Virus record (IMG/VR): IMGVR_UViG_3300044858_003017
Direction: 5' to 3' (one strand)
From: a virus
Length of the DNA stretch: 64,000 nucleotides
The notes under the pieces were generated by a model. The model was not told the DNA's origin. It saw nothing but the letters and a program-made list of their open reading frames with translations, and made no database searches. The position numbers were made by a program, and so were the translations under genes. The stretch's first letter is position 1, and every line of letters starts with the position of its first letter. This document shows positions 29,406 through 39,195 of the stretch, in pieces.

Positions 29406-29760
29406 CGTGGTACTCATTACTATTGGTAACATTATTATCTAATTTTTTTATTAATTCGTTGATTTGTGTTTCTAATTTGTTTAATCTAGATTCAATTTCT
29501 ATCAAAGCCGATCGTCTTACTATCGGTGTCGAATCAACTTCTGCTTTAGTTGCAAAGTATTCATCTAAAAATGATAACGGATACAATTGCACTTGAGTAT
29601 ATTCAGGCTTCTGCATATCTTTAGGTAACATTTTCCATTTAAGCTCAATACCTTGTTTAACAGCTTCAGCTGTTACTTCTCGACCAATGTTCGATCCACC
29701 GGAACCTTTACCTAAATATTCAAAAAGCGATAGATACGTTTCTTCATTTTCATTCTTCAT
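29386..29760 (-). CDS. Hypothetical protein (possible small DNA-binding domain plus coiled coil)
   Basis: ORF between queD and queE; ends in DDDLPF. Confidence 0.6.
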   Translation of the reverse strand: MKNENEETYLSLFEYLGKGSGGSNIGREVTAEAVKQGIELKWKMLPKDMQKPEYTQVQLYPLSFLDEYFATKAEVDSTPIVRRSALIEIESRLNKLETQINELIKKLDNNVTNSNEYHDDDLPF

Positions 29761-30214
29761 AACTTGCTGCATTTCTTTCGTGTTCATAAACTTCTACTTT
29801 AACGGCTCTTACTCTACCATCGGTTTCTTTTTCTAAAAAAGTATTGATTGTGTTGTATAGGAATTCTGCAAATTTTTCACAACCCGTCGCCGGCAGTATC
29901 CTTAATTGAATGATCCCATTGGAATACATTTTGTGAAATGTATCTAAATATGGATCATCGCTAGCAATAATAGTTGTATGATCTAGCAACCAAGCAAAAT
30001 AGTCTTTTGGAGACATGCCGTTAATAGTATTCTTTGCTCGCTTCATGCCACCAAAGTCCCAAACCCAATTTCTTTCATCTAATTCACCCTCAAACCATAC
30101 TCTAAAAGATATAGCGTATCCATGTAAAAATCTACAATGAGTTCCTTCTGCACGCCATTGGCGGAAACATGTTGAATACCCGTCAAATAATTTAGTTGAT
30201 TGAAATTTAGCCAT
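29750..30214 (-). CDS. queD: 6-carboxy-5,6,7,8-tetrahydropterin synthase
   Basis: HCRFLHGY, WDFG, LDH, VEVYE. Confidence 0.92.
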   Translation of the reverse strand: MAKFQSTKLFDGYSTCFRQWRAEGTHCRFLHGYAISFRVWFEGELDERNWVWDFGGMKRAKNTINGMSPKDYFAWLLDHTTIIASDDPYLDTFHKMYSNGIIQLRILPATGCEKFAEFLYNTINTFLEKETDGRVRAVKVEVYEHERNAASYEE

Positions 30215-30215
30215 A

Positions 30216-30881
30216 TTAATAACCTTTTACGAATTCATAAAATTCTGCTCGGGTAGCATCATCATCTCTAAATGCACCGGTTAACTTAGATGTCTTCATT
30301 GAAGCTCCACCATGTTTAACTCCTCGGCATTGAACACAATTATGAGTTGCTTCAATCATAACAGCTACACCTTTATTGTCATTGATAATAGTAGTGATAG
30401 CATTATGAATTGCTACCGTTAATTGTTCTTGTATTGCACCTCTTCTACCAAAATGCTCTACTAATCGATTTAATTTTGATAAACCGATAACTTTGCTATC
30501 AGTACCTGGAATATATGCAACATGAACTCGACCCATAATAGTTTGATGATGATGTGAGCACATTGAAGTTAATGGAATACCTCCTTCAAATACCATACCA
30601 TCATATCCATCAGATGGAAATGCGGTGATGTCTGGAGTGCCATCATATCGACCAGCCCACAAATCATTTACATATGCTTTTGCAACTCTTCTAGGAGTAT
30701 CTGAACTATTAGGATCGTTACGCCAATCACACTTAAGTGCATCAAGAAACTCGCCAAATGCCTTAGCAGCTTCTTCAATCATTTTGTCTTTTTCTTGTCG
30801 GGTAAATGGTGCACCAGGAGCAGAACCATTTGCATAACCTAATTTAACTAATTCTAAATTTTGCTTTTGTTTTTCTGTCAT
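30216..30881 (-). CDS. folE: GTP cyclohydrolase I
   Basis: TPRRVAK, SMCSHH, GLSKL.R, QEQLT, H.C...RG. Confidence 0.96.
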   Translation of the reverse strand: MTEKQKQNLELVKLGYANGSAPGAPFTRQEKDKMIEEAAKAFGEFLDALKCDWRNDPNSSDTPRRVAKAYVNDLWAGRYDGTPDITAFPSDGYDGMVFEGGIPLTSMCSHHHQTIMGRVHVAYIPGTDSKVIGLSKLNRLVEHFGRRGAIQEQLTVAIHNAITTIINDNKGVAVMIEATHNCVQCRGVKHGGASMKTSKLTGAFRDDDATRAEFYEFVKGY

Positions 30882-30899
30882 AACTTAATTCTTATTCTT

Positions 30900-30930
30900 A
30901 ATATAATAAACTTTATTGAGTTTTCAAAGT
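30900..30930 (-). promoter_or_regulatory. Putative early/middle promoter TTTG-N18-TTATATATT upstream of folE
   Basis: Recurring architecture. Confidence 0.45.
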
Positions 30931-30943
30931 TTTTATGTAATTA

Positions 30944-32074
30944 TTACATAGTTGGATCGCCCGGTGTATCTATACCAGACCAGTCATACTTTGGCGTCTT
31001 AGTAGCTTTAGGCTTTACCCATGTTTCATAGTCTATTGGTTTGGCTTCATATGGAGTCAAATATTTATTTACAATTTGTTTAGGAATCATTTGTAATCCA
31101 GCTTTGTGATCATATTGAACTGACGGAATATATTGTACTATTTTTGATATCAACGTATTAATTTTTTCTTCCAGTCCTAATTCGCGCCAGGTTTTAAATT
31201 GTATACTATTTAAAATTAATTTAGTTATAGGATTTCGAAAATCTCGACCTAAAATATATTTATCATTCCCCGCCATATATTTGGATTCTTCAAAATCATC
31301 GTTGATTGAATCAAGTATTCCATTGGATGCAAATCTTACATAATAATCCGGAAACAATGGAGTAACATCCCATGTTTGACCAAATATCTCAGCAGGCTTT
31401 ACCCGATATTGTTTTTTATTAGTTAAAGATTTTATGTCTTCTGGCAACGGGTATGTTTGTTGATTATTATTAAATTTATATGTTTTATAATTAGGATATG
31501 GATGACGTAGTTCTTTAGTTGAAACTAATATTTCTTTAGCAACCGGATTATATTTAAGTTGATTTGGATCGCCTTCTTTTGATTGATTAAATGGAATATT
31601 GCTTCTAGGAGTTCCTTGATATACTGAATATGGTATGTTTATTTTATCTAAAATAGCTATAGATTTTGATAAATCCGGATTTCCTTTTTGAACAAATATA
31701 TCAATTCGTTTTAAATATGGCATAAAATAAAAATTACGCCCATCAACAACAATTTGTTCTTCTCCCAATTTTTCAAAATCACTATGTGTCAAATCGGCGC
31801 CAGATAATCCCTCTCCGCTATAACTAAATGGTCGTATTTGGTATTTAGTACTTAATTTATTGCCATCAAACATGAATCTAGCTATTGGTTTTGATTTCAT
31901 ATCTTGAAATCCAGCAGTACTCATATCAGCCCAACGGGTTGCTGATATTTGTTGTTCCTCATTTGGGGTCATGTATTGCGTTTTTAATATTGCAGAAACA
32001 TTTGATAATGGTGTAAAATGATATATATCGCCTACTTGTTTTGCATCATTCAATAAATCTCGTAATCGTATCAT
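30944..32074 (-). CDS. Putative virion-packaged effector with an ADP-ribosyltransferase-like N-terminal domain
   Basis: MIRLRDLLN leader; IYHFT..NV.AIL, ISATR, EEQIV; C-terminal tag PKYDWSGIDTPGDPTM. Confidence 0.55.
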   Translation of the reverse strand: MIRLRDLLNDAKQVGDIYHFTPLSNVSAILKTQYMTPNEEQQISATRWADMSTAGFQDMKSKPIARFMFDGNKLSTKYQIRPFSYSGEGLSGADLTHSDFEKLGEEQIVVDGRNFYFMPYLKRIDIFVQKGNPDLSKSIAILDKINIPYSVYQGTPRSNIPFNQSKEGDPNQLKYNPVAKEILVSTKELRHPYPNYKTYKFNNNQQTYPLPEDIKSLTNKKQYRVKPAEIFGQTWDVTPLFPDYYVRFASNGILDSINDDFEESKYMAGNDKYILGRDFRNPITKLILNSIQFKTWRELGLEEKINTLISKIVQYIPSVQYDHKAGLQMIPKQIVNKYLTPYEAKPIDYETWVKPKATKTPKYDWSGIDTPGDPTM

Positions 32075-32088
32075 ATTAATAAATATCT
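32052..32088. repeat. 37-bp exact direct repeat, copy 1 (promoter + start + leader codons)
   Basis: aataaatctcgtaatcgtatcatattaataaatatct, identical at 32825-32861. Confidence 0.9.
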
Positions 32089-32297
32089 TTCAATGCAGTA
32101 TTGCCCTTTTCATGTTGTGGTTCATACGGACAATGTTTACAACCATTTCCACAGCAAGTACCTCTTCTTTTGTGATATGATTCGGTCATTACTCGAAGAC
32201 CACTTTCATTGTAGTAAAAGTCTGTAGGAAGGAGCTTGCTTCCAAACTCCTTCACAAACTGTTGTTGTATCCAATCTTTCGATGCTGATTGTATCAT
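32076..32297 (-). CDS. DUF5522-like cysteine-rich protein
   Basis: YH.RRGTCCGNGCKHCPY. Confidence 0.8.
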   Translation of the reverse strand: MIQSASKDWIQQQFVKEFGSKLLPTDFYYNESGLRVMTESYHKRRGTCCGNGCKHCPYEPQHEKGNTALKDIY

Positions 32298-32301
32298 AAT
32301 A

Positions 32302-32847
32302 TTACATGTTTGGGTTATTTGGTGTATCTATACCAGTAAAATCATATTTTGGTGCATTTGTAGATATATCATCTGGATTAAATCCTTCGTTTCTAGCACC
32401 ATCTTTAAACCATTGCGGCAATTGTCCTATTTTTGATTTTATAAATGTTTTCCCATTATCAAACCAATCTGGAAAATTTGTATAGTACCCGCCAATTTTG
32501 TTATATTCAAATTCGATTTGATTTTCATTTGTTATTTTAAGTGATTTTGATACGCCAGGAAATTGATTTGCCGTAAAATCTATACCATATCCGTTAATAA
32601 TAGAAAAAATATGCGAATCACCATCTCCTGATTTCCCTGGATATTTTTTTATATCTATAGGAGGAGCTAATAATATTACATCTGGTTCGAATCCTTTATT
32701 TGACTTAACCCATTTAACAAATTCATATGTTGATCTTTTACAATCATGTGATGTATTATATGATGTAGATTTCATAAATTCTTTAGCAAGATTATTTACA
32801 TCTATGCTATTTTCAACTTCATTTAATAAATCTCGTAATCGTATCAT
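32302..32847 (-). CDS. Putative virion-packaged effector with a papain/transglutaminase-like Cys-His-Asp domain
   Basis: MIRLRDLLNE leader; HDCKRS...SHIF...IDFTANQF; C-terminal tag PKYDFTGIDTPNNPNM. Confidence 0.55.
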   Translation of the reverse strand: MIRLRDLLNEVENSIDVNNLAKEFMKSTSYNTSHDCKRSTYEFVKWVKSNKGFEPDVILLAPPIDIKKYPGKSGDGDSHIFSIINGYGIDFTANQFPGVSKSLKITNENQIEFEYNKIGGYYTNFPDWFDNGKTFIKSKIGQLPQWFKDGARNEGFNPDDISTNAPKYDFTGIDTPNNPNM

Positions 32848-32861
32848 ATTAATAAATATCT
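32825..32861. repeat. 37-bp exact direct repeat, copy 2
   Basis: Identical to 32052-32088. Confidence 0.9.
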
Positions 32862-32866
32862 AAATA

Positions 32867-34723
32867 TTATTTTATCTCACAAGCTCCGCCTGCACAAGCT
32901 AATTCTCCTGATAAATCAGTGTTATCATCAAGTTCAATTACTTGTGTCAAGTCGATGTTTGTTAATGATTCTAACATTTCTTCATATTTTTCTTGCGTAA
33001 TATCTTCAAATGGAGCCTGTGTATATGTTCCGCCATCATATGGTAATACTGATAATCCGTTGTAGTGGTCTCTGTTTTCCCACATCCATTCTCCTGCCAA
33101 TTCCCATTCGTCTGCTTTCAAAGAAACCGTTGCAGATACATTGTGAGTATTGTTTCCGCTACGATGTCCTGGCTTCACCCATTCTAAATGAACCTTTTTA
33201 ATACGATCCAATAATTGGAATGGTGATTCTGTTCTCATAATAGCTCCTTCTGGTGCCTTTTGTGGAATTGAAATAACTGCAGTATCGTGTGGACGAAAAT
33301 ATTCATCTTCAACAAGTTCCGGATGATATTCTGCTAAATATGTGTAAATGGCTTCATTTTTTCCAACACGAATTCTTCTTACATAATAATCATTGTGCCA
33401 AGCATGAATACCAGATGATGTACCTAATGTTAATGATGTTGTTCCTGCTGGTTTAACTGTGGTTGTACGAGCCGATTTATTAATACCAATAAGTCCTGCT
33501 ACTCGTTCATTTTCTTGTTTAACAAGTTTAGCAGCTTCTTTCATGTTATAACCTAATACTGTACCAGAACCGATACCCGTCATTGATACGCCAATTAACG
33601 CATCTTTTTCAGTTGTGCGTTTCCATACTGCACGAAGATAATGAAAATCTGTATATCCTGCTTGTAATGTTCCAATGAATGCCGCGGCCTTTACTCGAGC
33701 ATTTAAATCTTCTTGTGATTCAATATCCGATGCATTTACTTCACATAGGTTACAAAATTGGAATGGTCGAAGTGCAATTTCGCAACATGGATTAGTTCCC
33801 CAATCTTTGTCATTGCTTAAATAAATTCCAGGTTCTCCTGCATTTGATAATTCAACACGTTTCCACAAATCCATAAAGAATTCTCGAGTAACTTTGTGAC
33901 GAATCAATACAGCCGAATTATTTGCTCGACCTCGTTGTGGATTTGTTTCCCACCAATTGCCTGATTTACATGCAATCATTTCTTCATCATCTGCACTAAA
34001 CAAAGAAATAAGAGCTGCTCTACGAATACCACCTGCTAATACTGCATCGGCAACGTGACATACCATATCATGTACTTCAATTGGAGAAAGTTTATCGCCA
34101 TCTTCTTTGGCATCCAAAATTCCTTGAAGTTTAATCAAACATTCTTTTAATGGTTGAGGTCCTGGAGCTTTTCCTCCTGATGTTACTAATCTTGCTCCTT
34201 TAGCTCTAATATCTGAAAAATCAAATGAATATGATGAGCCACCTTCAAAATAAGATTTAACTAATACTTTAACTGCATCTGCCCAACCTTCAATTGAATC
34301 TGCAATTAAATAACGACGTGTCTTTTTTGGATTTGGTTTGCGAATTTCTGGTAAAGCATCAACATGATGTTTCTGTACAGAATATCCAACGCCCGTTCCA
34401 CCTAGCAATAAAAACATTGCCTCAGCAAAAGCACGATAATCATCTATAGGAAGATATGCACAATTGTAAATTCGATTAGGAGAGATTTCAATTGGTTTGC
34501 CACCAAATTGCAAACTACGCATTGATGGTAATACTTTTTTGTCGTAAACAAATTGATATGCCGTTTCAATTTCTTCCCGCAATGCTGGATACTTTTTGAT
34601 GTGCATATTCATGTTTCTTGTAACTAATTCTTCCCAAGATTCTCTGCGATTGAGTTCGGGAAGATACTTGGCATACTTCATGTATACCGTAATTTCACTT
34701 AAGATTTGATTTGAAATCTCCAT
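32867..34723 (-). CDS. nrdJ: Class II (B12-dependent) ribonucleotide reductase
   Basis: NCAY, GTGVG, TNPCCEI, FCNL, VKPAGT, C-terminal ACAGGAC; no nrdB nearby. Confidence 0.92.
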   Translation of the reverse strand: MEISNQILSEITVYMKYAKYLPELNRRESWEELVTRNMNMHIKKYPALREEIETAYQFVYDKKVLPSMRSLQFGGKPIEISPNRIYNCAYLPIDDYRAFAEAMFLLLGGTGVGYSVQKHHVDALPEIRKPNPKKTRRYLIADSIEGWADAVKVLVKSYFEGGSSYSFDFSDIRAKGARLVTSGGKAPGPQPLKECLIKLQGILDAKEDGDKLSPIEVHDMVCHVADAVLAGGIRRAALISLFSADDEEMIACKSGNWWETNPQRGRANNSAVLIRHKVTREFFMDLWKRVELSNAGEPGIYLSNDKDWGTNPCCEIALRPFQFCNLCEVNASDIESQEDLNARVKAAAFIGTLQAGYTDFHYLRAVWKRTTEKDALIGVSMTGIGSGTVLGYNMKEAAKLVKQENERVAGLIGINKSARTTTVKPAGTTSLTLGTSSGIHAWHNDYYVRRIRVGKNEAIYTYLAEYHPELVEDEYFRPHDTAVISIPQKAPEGAIMRTESPFQLLDRIKKVHLEWVKPGHRSGNNTHNVSATVSLKADEWELAGEWMWENRDHYNGLSVLPYDGGTYTQAPFEDITQEKYEEMLESLTNIDLTQVIELDDNTDLSGELACAGGACEIK

Positions 34724-34768
34724 TGTTGTAATCTCCTTAGATGTTTATTAACTTAAATTTTTTAGATG

Positions 34769-34792
34769 AAAAAAGGAAGGAGTTATCCTTCC
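34769..34792 (-). terminator. Intrinsic terminator-like hairpin
   Basis: GGAAGGA-TAAC-TCCTTCC followed by TTTTTT on the minus strand. Confidence 0.65.
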
Positions 34793-34817
34793 CATATTCT
34801 TTTATATAAATATCATT

Positions 34818-36173
34818 TTATCCCAAAGTTCCGCCCAGATCTTTAAACTTTTGTGCTAAATTTTTCTTAACTAAATTCTCACCTGTTTTCATGATTTGTG
34901 TGGTTTGTTTGCCTTGAGTTGTTTGTGGTTCAAAGAATTGAAATTGTCCATTATTAGTATTGATTTTACTTGGCAATGTAATACCATCTGGACCAAAACG
35001 ATTCTTAATAACATGTCCTCTACCAGTTCCTGACATTTTATCCTCTACCTTTCTTGACAAAGACATTAAAAAGTCAGCAACCATTACTTTTCCATATGAT
35101 GATGCAATTTTGTCTGCTTCAATAATATCTTCTTCTAATGCACTACGTCCCGCTTGCGATGCAGTCCATACTGGTATTTTATATTCTCCCGCCATACCAC
35201 GAAGTTCTTCATATAAATCTTCCAATGCTTCGTGTTTGTCTTTCTTTGTATTTACTTTAAGCAAGTCACCGTAATCCACAATGATTAAATCTGGTGTTTT
35301 GCTTTGCATAATAGTTTTTTCAATATGTGCCTTCAATGCCATTACTCCAACTGATTTGGTTGGAAAATACTTAACAATCAATTCACCACGTAAAGATTTC
35401 ATTTTTTCTTCAACTGTTTCTTGATGATGTTTAAGTGTCTGTGCATTGATTCCTGTTAATACTGAATCATATCGTTGACCTACATAATTTTCATTGAGCT
35501 CTAATGTATAATGAATAACAGTCTTTCCAGCTTTAACTGCATTGGCACCAATATTGATAAGCATCCAAGATTTACCAATACCTGCAGGAGCCATTACTAC
35601 TCCTAATTCTCCTGGAGCTAAACCGCCATCCATTAAATCATCAATAACATCCCACCCCGTAGTAATTGTATGCCGTGCAGCTTCATTGTATCGTGCAGCT
35701 ACATTATTAATATAGTCCAAACCAATATCAGTATCAGCACCAGCTTTCATGGCACTATCCATTTTAGATTTAATTTCATCATAGTTACCCATTTTGAGTA
35801 ACGAAACCGAATCCATTATAGCTCGTTTAATTTCCTGATTCTTGCAAAATTTAAGAATTTCATCTTTTACAAAAGAAAGGTCATCTGACTCCATGTATCG
35901 AAATACTTCTTTCAATTGTTCTAATACTGCAGTTTTTAAGATGTCATTTTCAATCTCTGTTATTTTGACTTTGAGTACATCTTTTGATGGCGGAGCTTTG
36001 TATTGTTTGAAATGTTCCAATACAACTTCTAATAGCCAACTGTTTGCATCAGATTCAAAATATTCTGCTTGTATTATATCTGCAATTTGCTGTAAAAATA
36101 TTCTGTCTGTGAATAATGCTGCTATAACTTTTACTTGAAAGCCATAACCATATTCGGAAAGTTTGTCGGTCAT
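34818..36173 (-). CDS. Replicative helicase (DnaB / T4 gp41-like)
   Basis: APAGIGKS, YTLEL, IVDYGD, TASQ, KNRFG. Confidence 0.95.
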   Translation of the reverse strand: MTDKLSEYGYGFQVKVIAALFTDRIFLQQIADIIQAEYFESDANSWLLEVVLEHFKQYKAPPSKDVLKVKITEIENDILKTAVLEQLKEVFRYMESDDLSFVKDEILKFCKNQEIKRAIMDSVSLLKMGNYDEIKSKMDSAMKAGADTDIGLDYINNVAARYNEAARHTITTGWDVIDDLMDGGLAPGELGVVMAPAGIGKSWMLINIGANAVKAGKTVIHYTLELNENYVGQRYDSVLTGINAQTLKHHQETVEEKMKSLRGELIVKYFPTKSVGVMALKAHIEKTIMQSKTPDLIIVDYGDLLKVNTKKDKHEALEDLYEELRGMAGEYKIPVWTASQAGRSALEEDIIEADKIASSYGKVMVADFLMSLSRKVEDKMSGTGRGHVIKNRFGPDGITLPSKINTNNGQFQFFEPQTTQGKQTTQIMKTGENLVKKNLAQKFKDLGGTLG

Positions 36174-36208
36174 ATAACCAATATATAAAAAACTATGTTA
36201 AATTCAAA

Positions 36209-37276
36209 TTATTTATGTGTCTGTTTTGCAAATGCATTTAAAGACAACCAAGTATTAGTTAACCAATCGGGTAAATTTTTCATGATAGACCACATCTTAT
36301 CTTGATAGAATAATCTTTGAAATTCGGCACGATTTAATTCTGGTATAGGTTGTTCCATAATACCTCGAATTTTACTAGCAGTCGATGCCGGTATATCAAG
36401 AAGCTTGATATTCATTAATTGATAATTTTGTTCAATGATGCGACTATTATCTAAAATCTTTTGATATGATTTAGATTCTTTAAGTGATGCCGAGCTTTTG
36501 TCAAACAATTGTTGCGTTGTATATGGCGTTGCATTGGCTAATTCTGGAACAAGTTTCAATATAGTCTTTGGACCGATTCCATTAACGCCCGGAATGTTAT
36601 CTGAAGCATCTCCCGTAAATGATCTATAAATAACCATATTAGCAGGATGCACTCCAAATTCTTCTTGCACTGTATCTACATTATACATTTTCTTTTTAAT
36701 TGGAGACCAAACCTGAATTCGATCATCAACCAATTGATAAAAGTCTCTATCCGTAGATACAATGGTAATCTTTTTGCATTCCGTTTCATACATCTGTGCA
36801 ATATATGCAATTGTATCATCGGCTTCAATTCCATCCATTGAAATAAAGGTTACAGGTAAATTGTCTAGATATGATATCAATCTTGAAAATTGATGTCGCA
36901 TTGACTCCTGTTCTTGTTCCAATGTAGATTCGTGATGATCGTGACGTCGCAATTTAGTTTTATTTGCCCTATTTGCTTTGTAATCACCATAGATTCGTTT
37001 TCTTCGAGCAGAACCCCCGCGGCCATCGAATACAATAATGCATCGAGTAGGTTTAAAATCGCGAACGGTTTTACCAACTGAATATAAAAATCCAGTAATG
37101 CCACCGATATGATCGCCATCTTCATTATATGCGGGAGTTGCGCCGAAGCTTCGAATGAAAGTGTTTAGCCCGTCAAACACCATGAGATGATCATTGACAC
37201 TCGACGGACTAGAACTCCTTTCTTGTTGTAACTCTTTGAATAATTGTTGATACTTATTCTTCATCATACGTTTCAT
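36209..37276 (-). CDS. 5'-3' exonuclease / T4 RNase H-like
   Basis: DGLN, VFDG, YKANR, EADD, STDRDF.QL, GDASDNIPGV.GIG.KT. Confidence 0.95.
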   Translation of the reverse strand: MKRMMKNKYQQLFKELQQERSSSPSSVNDHLMVFDGLNTFIRSFGATPAYNEDGDHIGGITGFLYSVGKTVRDFKPTRCIIVFDGRGGSARRKRIYGDYKANRANKTKLRRHDHHESTLEQEQESMRHQFSRLISYLDNLPVTFISMDGIEADDTIAYIAQMYETECKKITIVSTDRDFYQLVDDRIQVWSPIKKKMYNVDTVQEEFGVHPANMVIYRSFTGDASDNIPGVNGIGPKTILKLVPELANATPYTTQQLFDKSSASLKESKSYQKILDNSRIIEQNYQLMNIKLLDIPASTASKIRGIMEQPIPELNRAEFQRLFYQDKMWSIMKNLPDWLTNTWLSLNAFAKQTHK

Positions 37277-38414
37277 CAGTAATGATTACGTCATCAATAC
37301 CACCGTCAATACCGGCCTGATATTTGAAAATATAAGCATCGCATATTCTTTGATATAACCTTTCCTTTGCTTCTGGGTTTGAAATAACCTTTTCCACAAA
37401 GTCTTTGCTTTGAAATTTAATTTCGCCATGTGCTTCACCAGTTTCTATATCTACGTCTTCCATAGTATACCATGCACCTGATTGTTTAACGATATCAAAA
37501 TTCTTCATGATGTTCAACCAACCACCAAAATTGTCAATTCCGGAATCATAATAGATTTCATAATTGACTTTGCGATGTGGTGGACCCATACGATTCTTTA
37601 CCACTTGTACTTCTGTTTTGCTACCCACAACTTGTTCAACGCCATTTACTTTGGCTTTAATCATTCCTGTGTTCTTTAAACGCAATCTAACCGAAGCATG
37701 AAATGGAATTGCCTTACCACCTGCAGTTGTCCATTGGTCACCAAAAGACACGCCCATTTTGGTACGAAGTTGATTGGTAAATATGAGACAAATTCGCTCT
37801 CTTGCAATCCAATTAGTAACTTTTCGCATTGCCTTTGATAAAATGATTGATTTGCTTGTTGCATAACCATCCTTATCATATTCAGCTGACATTTCAATTT
37901 TTGTAGATGCACCCATGATTGAATCCACTACAATCGTAACTAAACGATCTTTATCTGATTTTCGAACTCCTTCTACAATTGTTTCAATAGTTTCAAATAT
38001 TTCTTCAATTGTTTCTAATGGAACATATAGCATTGTTTTTAAATCAACACCAATAGCCGTCAAAAATTCAGAACTTGTAGCAGATTCCGTATCAATATAA
38101 ACAGCCAATCCACCTTTCTTTTGTGTTTCTGCTAATGTGTGTGCAGCTAACAATGATTTACCGGAGGCTTCTAATCCAGTAATTTCAGTGATTCGCCCAA
38201 CAGGAAATCCTCCATGGGCACGATTTGAAATTGCTAAATCGAGCATCGAGCAACCAGATGATACCCACTCTGATACATTGCTTGGAGAATCATCATCGCC
38301 ATCTAAAAAGAACGCAGTTTTAAGATTTTGTCCTTTGAATTGCTTGTTGATACTGTCTGCCAATGTAGATGCTAGAGCATCTTCTATTTCCAGTTTACTT
38401 TTACTCTTTGCCAT
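37254..38414 (-). CDS. recA: RecA/UvsX recombinase
   Basis: GRITEI.G.EASGKS, YIDTE, VVDS, NQLR, GGKA..F, VVKNR. Confidence 0.95.
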   Translation of the reverse strand: MAKSKSKLEIEDALASTLADSINKQFKGQNLKTAFFLDGDDDSPSNVSEWVSSGCSMLDLAISNRAHGGFPVGRITEITGLEASGKSLLAAHTLAETQKKGGLAVYIDTESATSSEFLTAIGVDLKTMLYVPLETIEEIFETIETIVEGVRKSDKDRLVTIVVDSIMGASTKIEMSAEYDKDGYATSKSIILSKAMRKVTNWIARERICLIFTNQLRTKMGVSFGDQWTTAGGKAIPFHASVRLRLKNTGMIKAKVNGVEQVVGSKTEVQVVKNRMGPPHRKVNYEIYYDSGIDNFGGWLNIMKNFDIVKQSGAWYTMEDVDIETGEAHGEIKFQSKDFVEKVISNPEAKERLYQRICDAYIFKYQAGIDGGIDDVIITDETYDEE

Positions 38415-38427
38415 TAAAACTCCTTAA

Positions 38428-39195
38428 TTAATTGTTGAATAAGTCATCGAATGCAGATGCAACATTATCAACTTTTTTAGTAGCAGCCGGTTTAGAAGCT
38501 TTTGCTGGTGCTTCTTCTTCTTCATCTGAATCAACATCTGAATCTGCATTTTCTGGATTCATCCACTCTGCCAATGCCTTTTCTAGTTCTTGATAAGATG
38601 GCTCTGGAAATAAATCAGTAATCTCAGGTTGATTCATGATTTTTTGTGCTATTTCTTTGTCTTCTGTTGCTGGTTGCGTATTCGGTTTAACACGAATAGC
38701 TGTTTTAGGAAATGCTCCGCCTTCTGCTGGTGTAAATTCTACGTCAATATCACGTCCATTCATTAGATCTGTAATGTCACCATAATCGGCATCTGAAATG
38801 ATTGAAAGCAATTCCGTATAAATTGTTTTACCAAAGCCCCAAAATTTAACTCCTTCTGATTCTTTGCCGCGAATAATAACGGGAACATAAGTACGCATTT
38901 TAGGTTCAATTTTACGACCCATTAGCCAATCTTCTTTATCTCCTGTTTTCTTTAGCTTTTCGGCAAATTCAACGATTGGATCTTCATTACCAAATGTAAT
39001 TGGAGATAACATGGATTTCTTTCCGATGTCATAATGAAAATACAATTCTAGGAACGGATTCTCTTTGCGATGAACGTAAGGTACAATTCTTACTCGCGTT
39101 TTACCTGCTTCAGGTTTCCACAAATTTTGTTTTTTGTCATCAGATTTGTTTAACTGATTGAGTTTCGCTTTAATAGCGTCTAAATTCAAGGCCAT
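38428..39195 (-). CDS. Single-stranded DNA-binding protein (T4 gp32-like)
   Basis: WKP..G...VRI.P, FWGFGK, acidic C-terminal tail ending FDDLF. Confidence 0.85.
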   Translation of the reverse strand: MALNLDAIKAKLNQLNKSDDKKQNLWKPEAGKTRVRIVPYVHRKENPFLELYFHYDIGKKSMLSPITFGNEDPIVEFAEKLKKTGDKEDWLMGRKIEPKMRTYVPVIIRGKESEGVKFWGFGKTIYTELLSIISDADYGDITDLMNGRDIDVEFTPAEGGAFPKTAIRVKPNTQPATEDKEIAQKIMNQPEITDLFPEPSYQELEKALAEWMNPENADSDVDSDEEEEAPAKASKPAATKKVDNVASAFDDLFNN

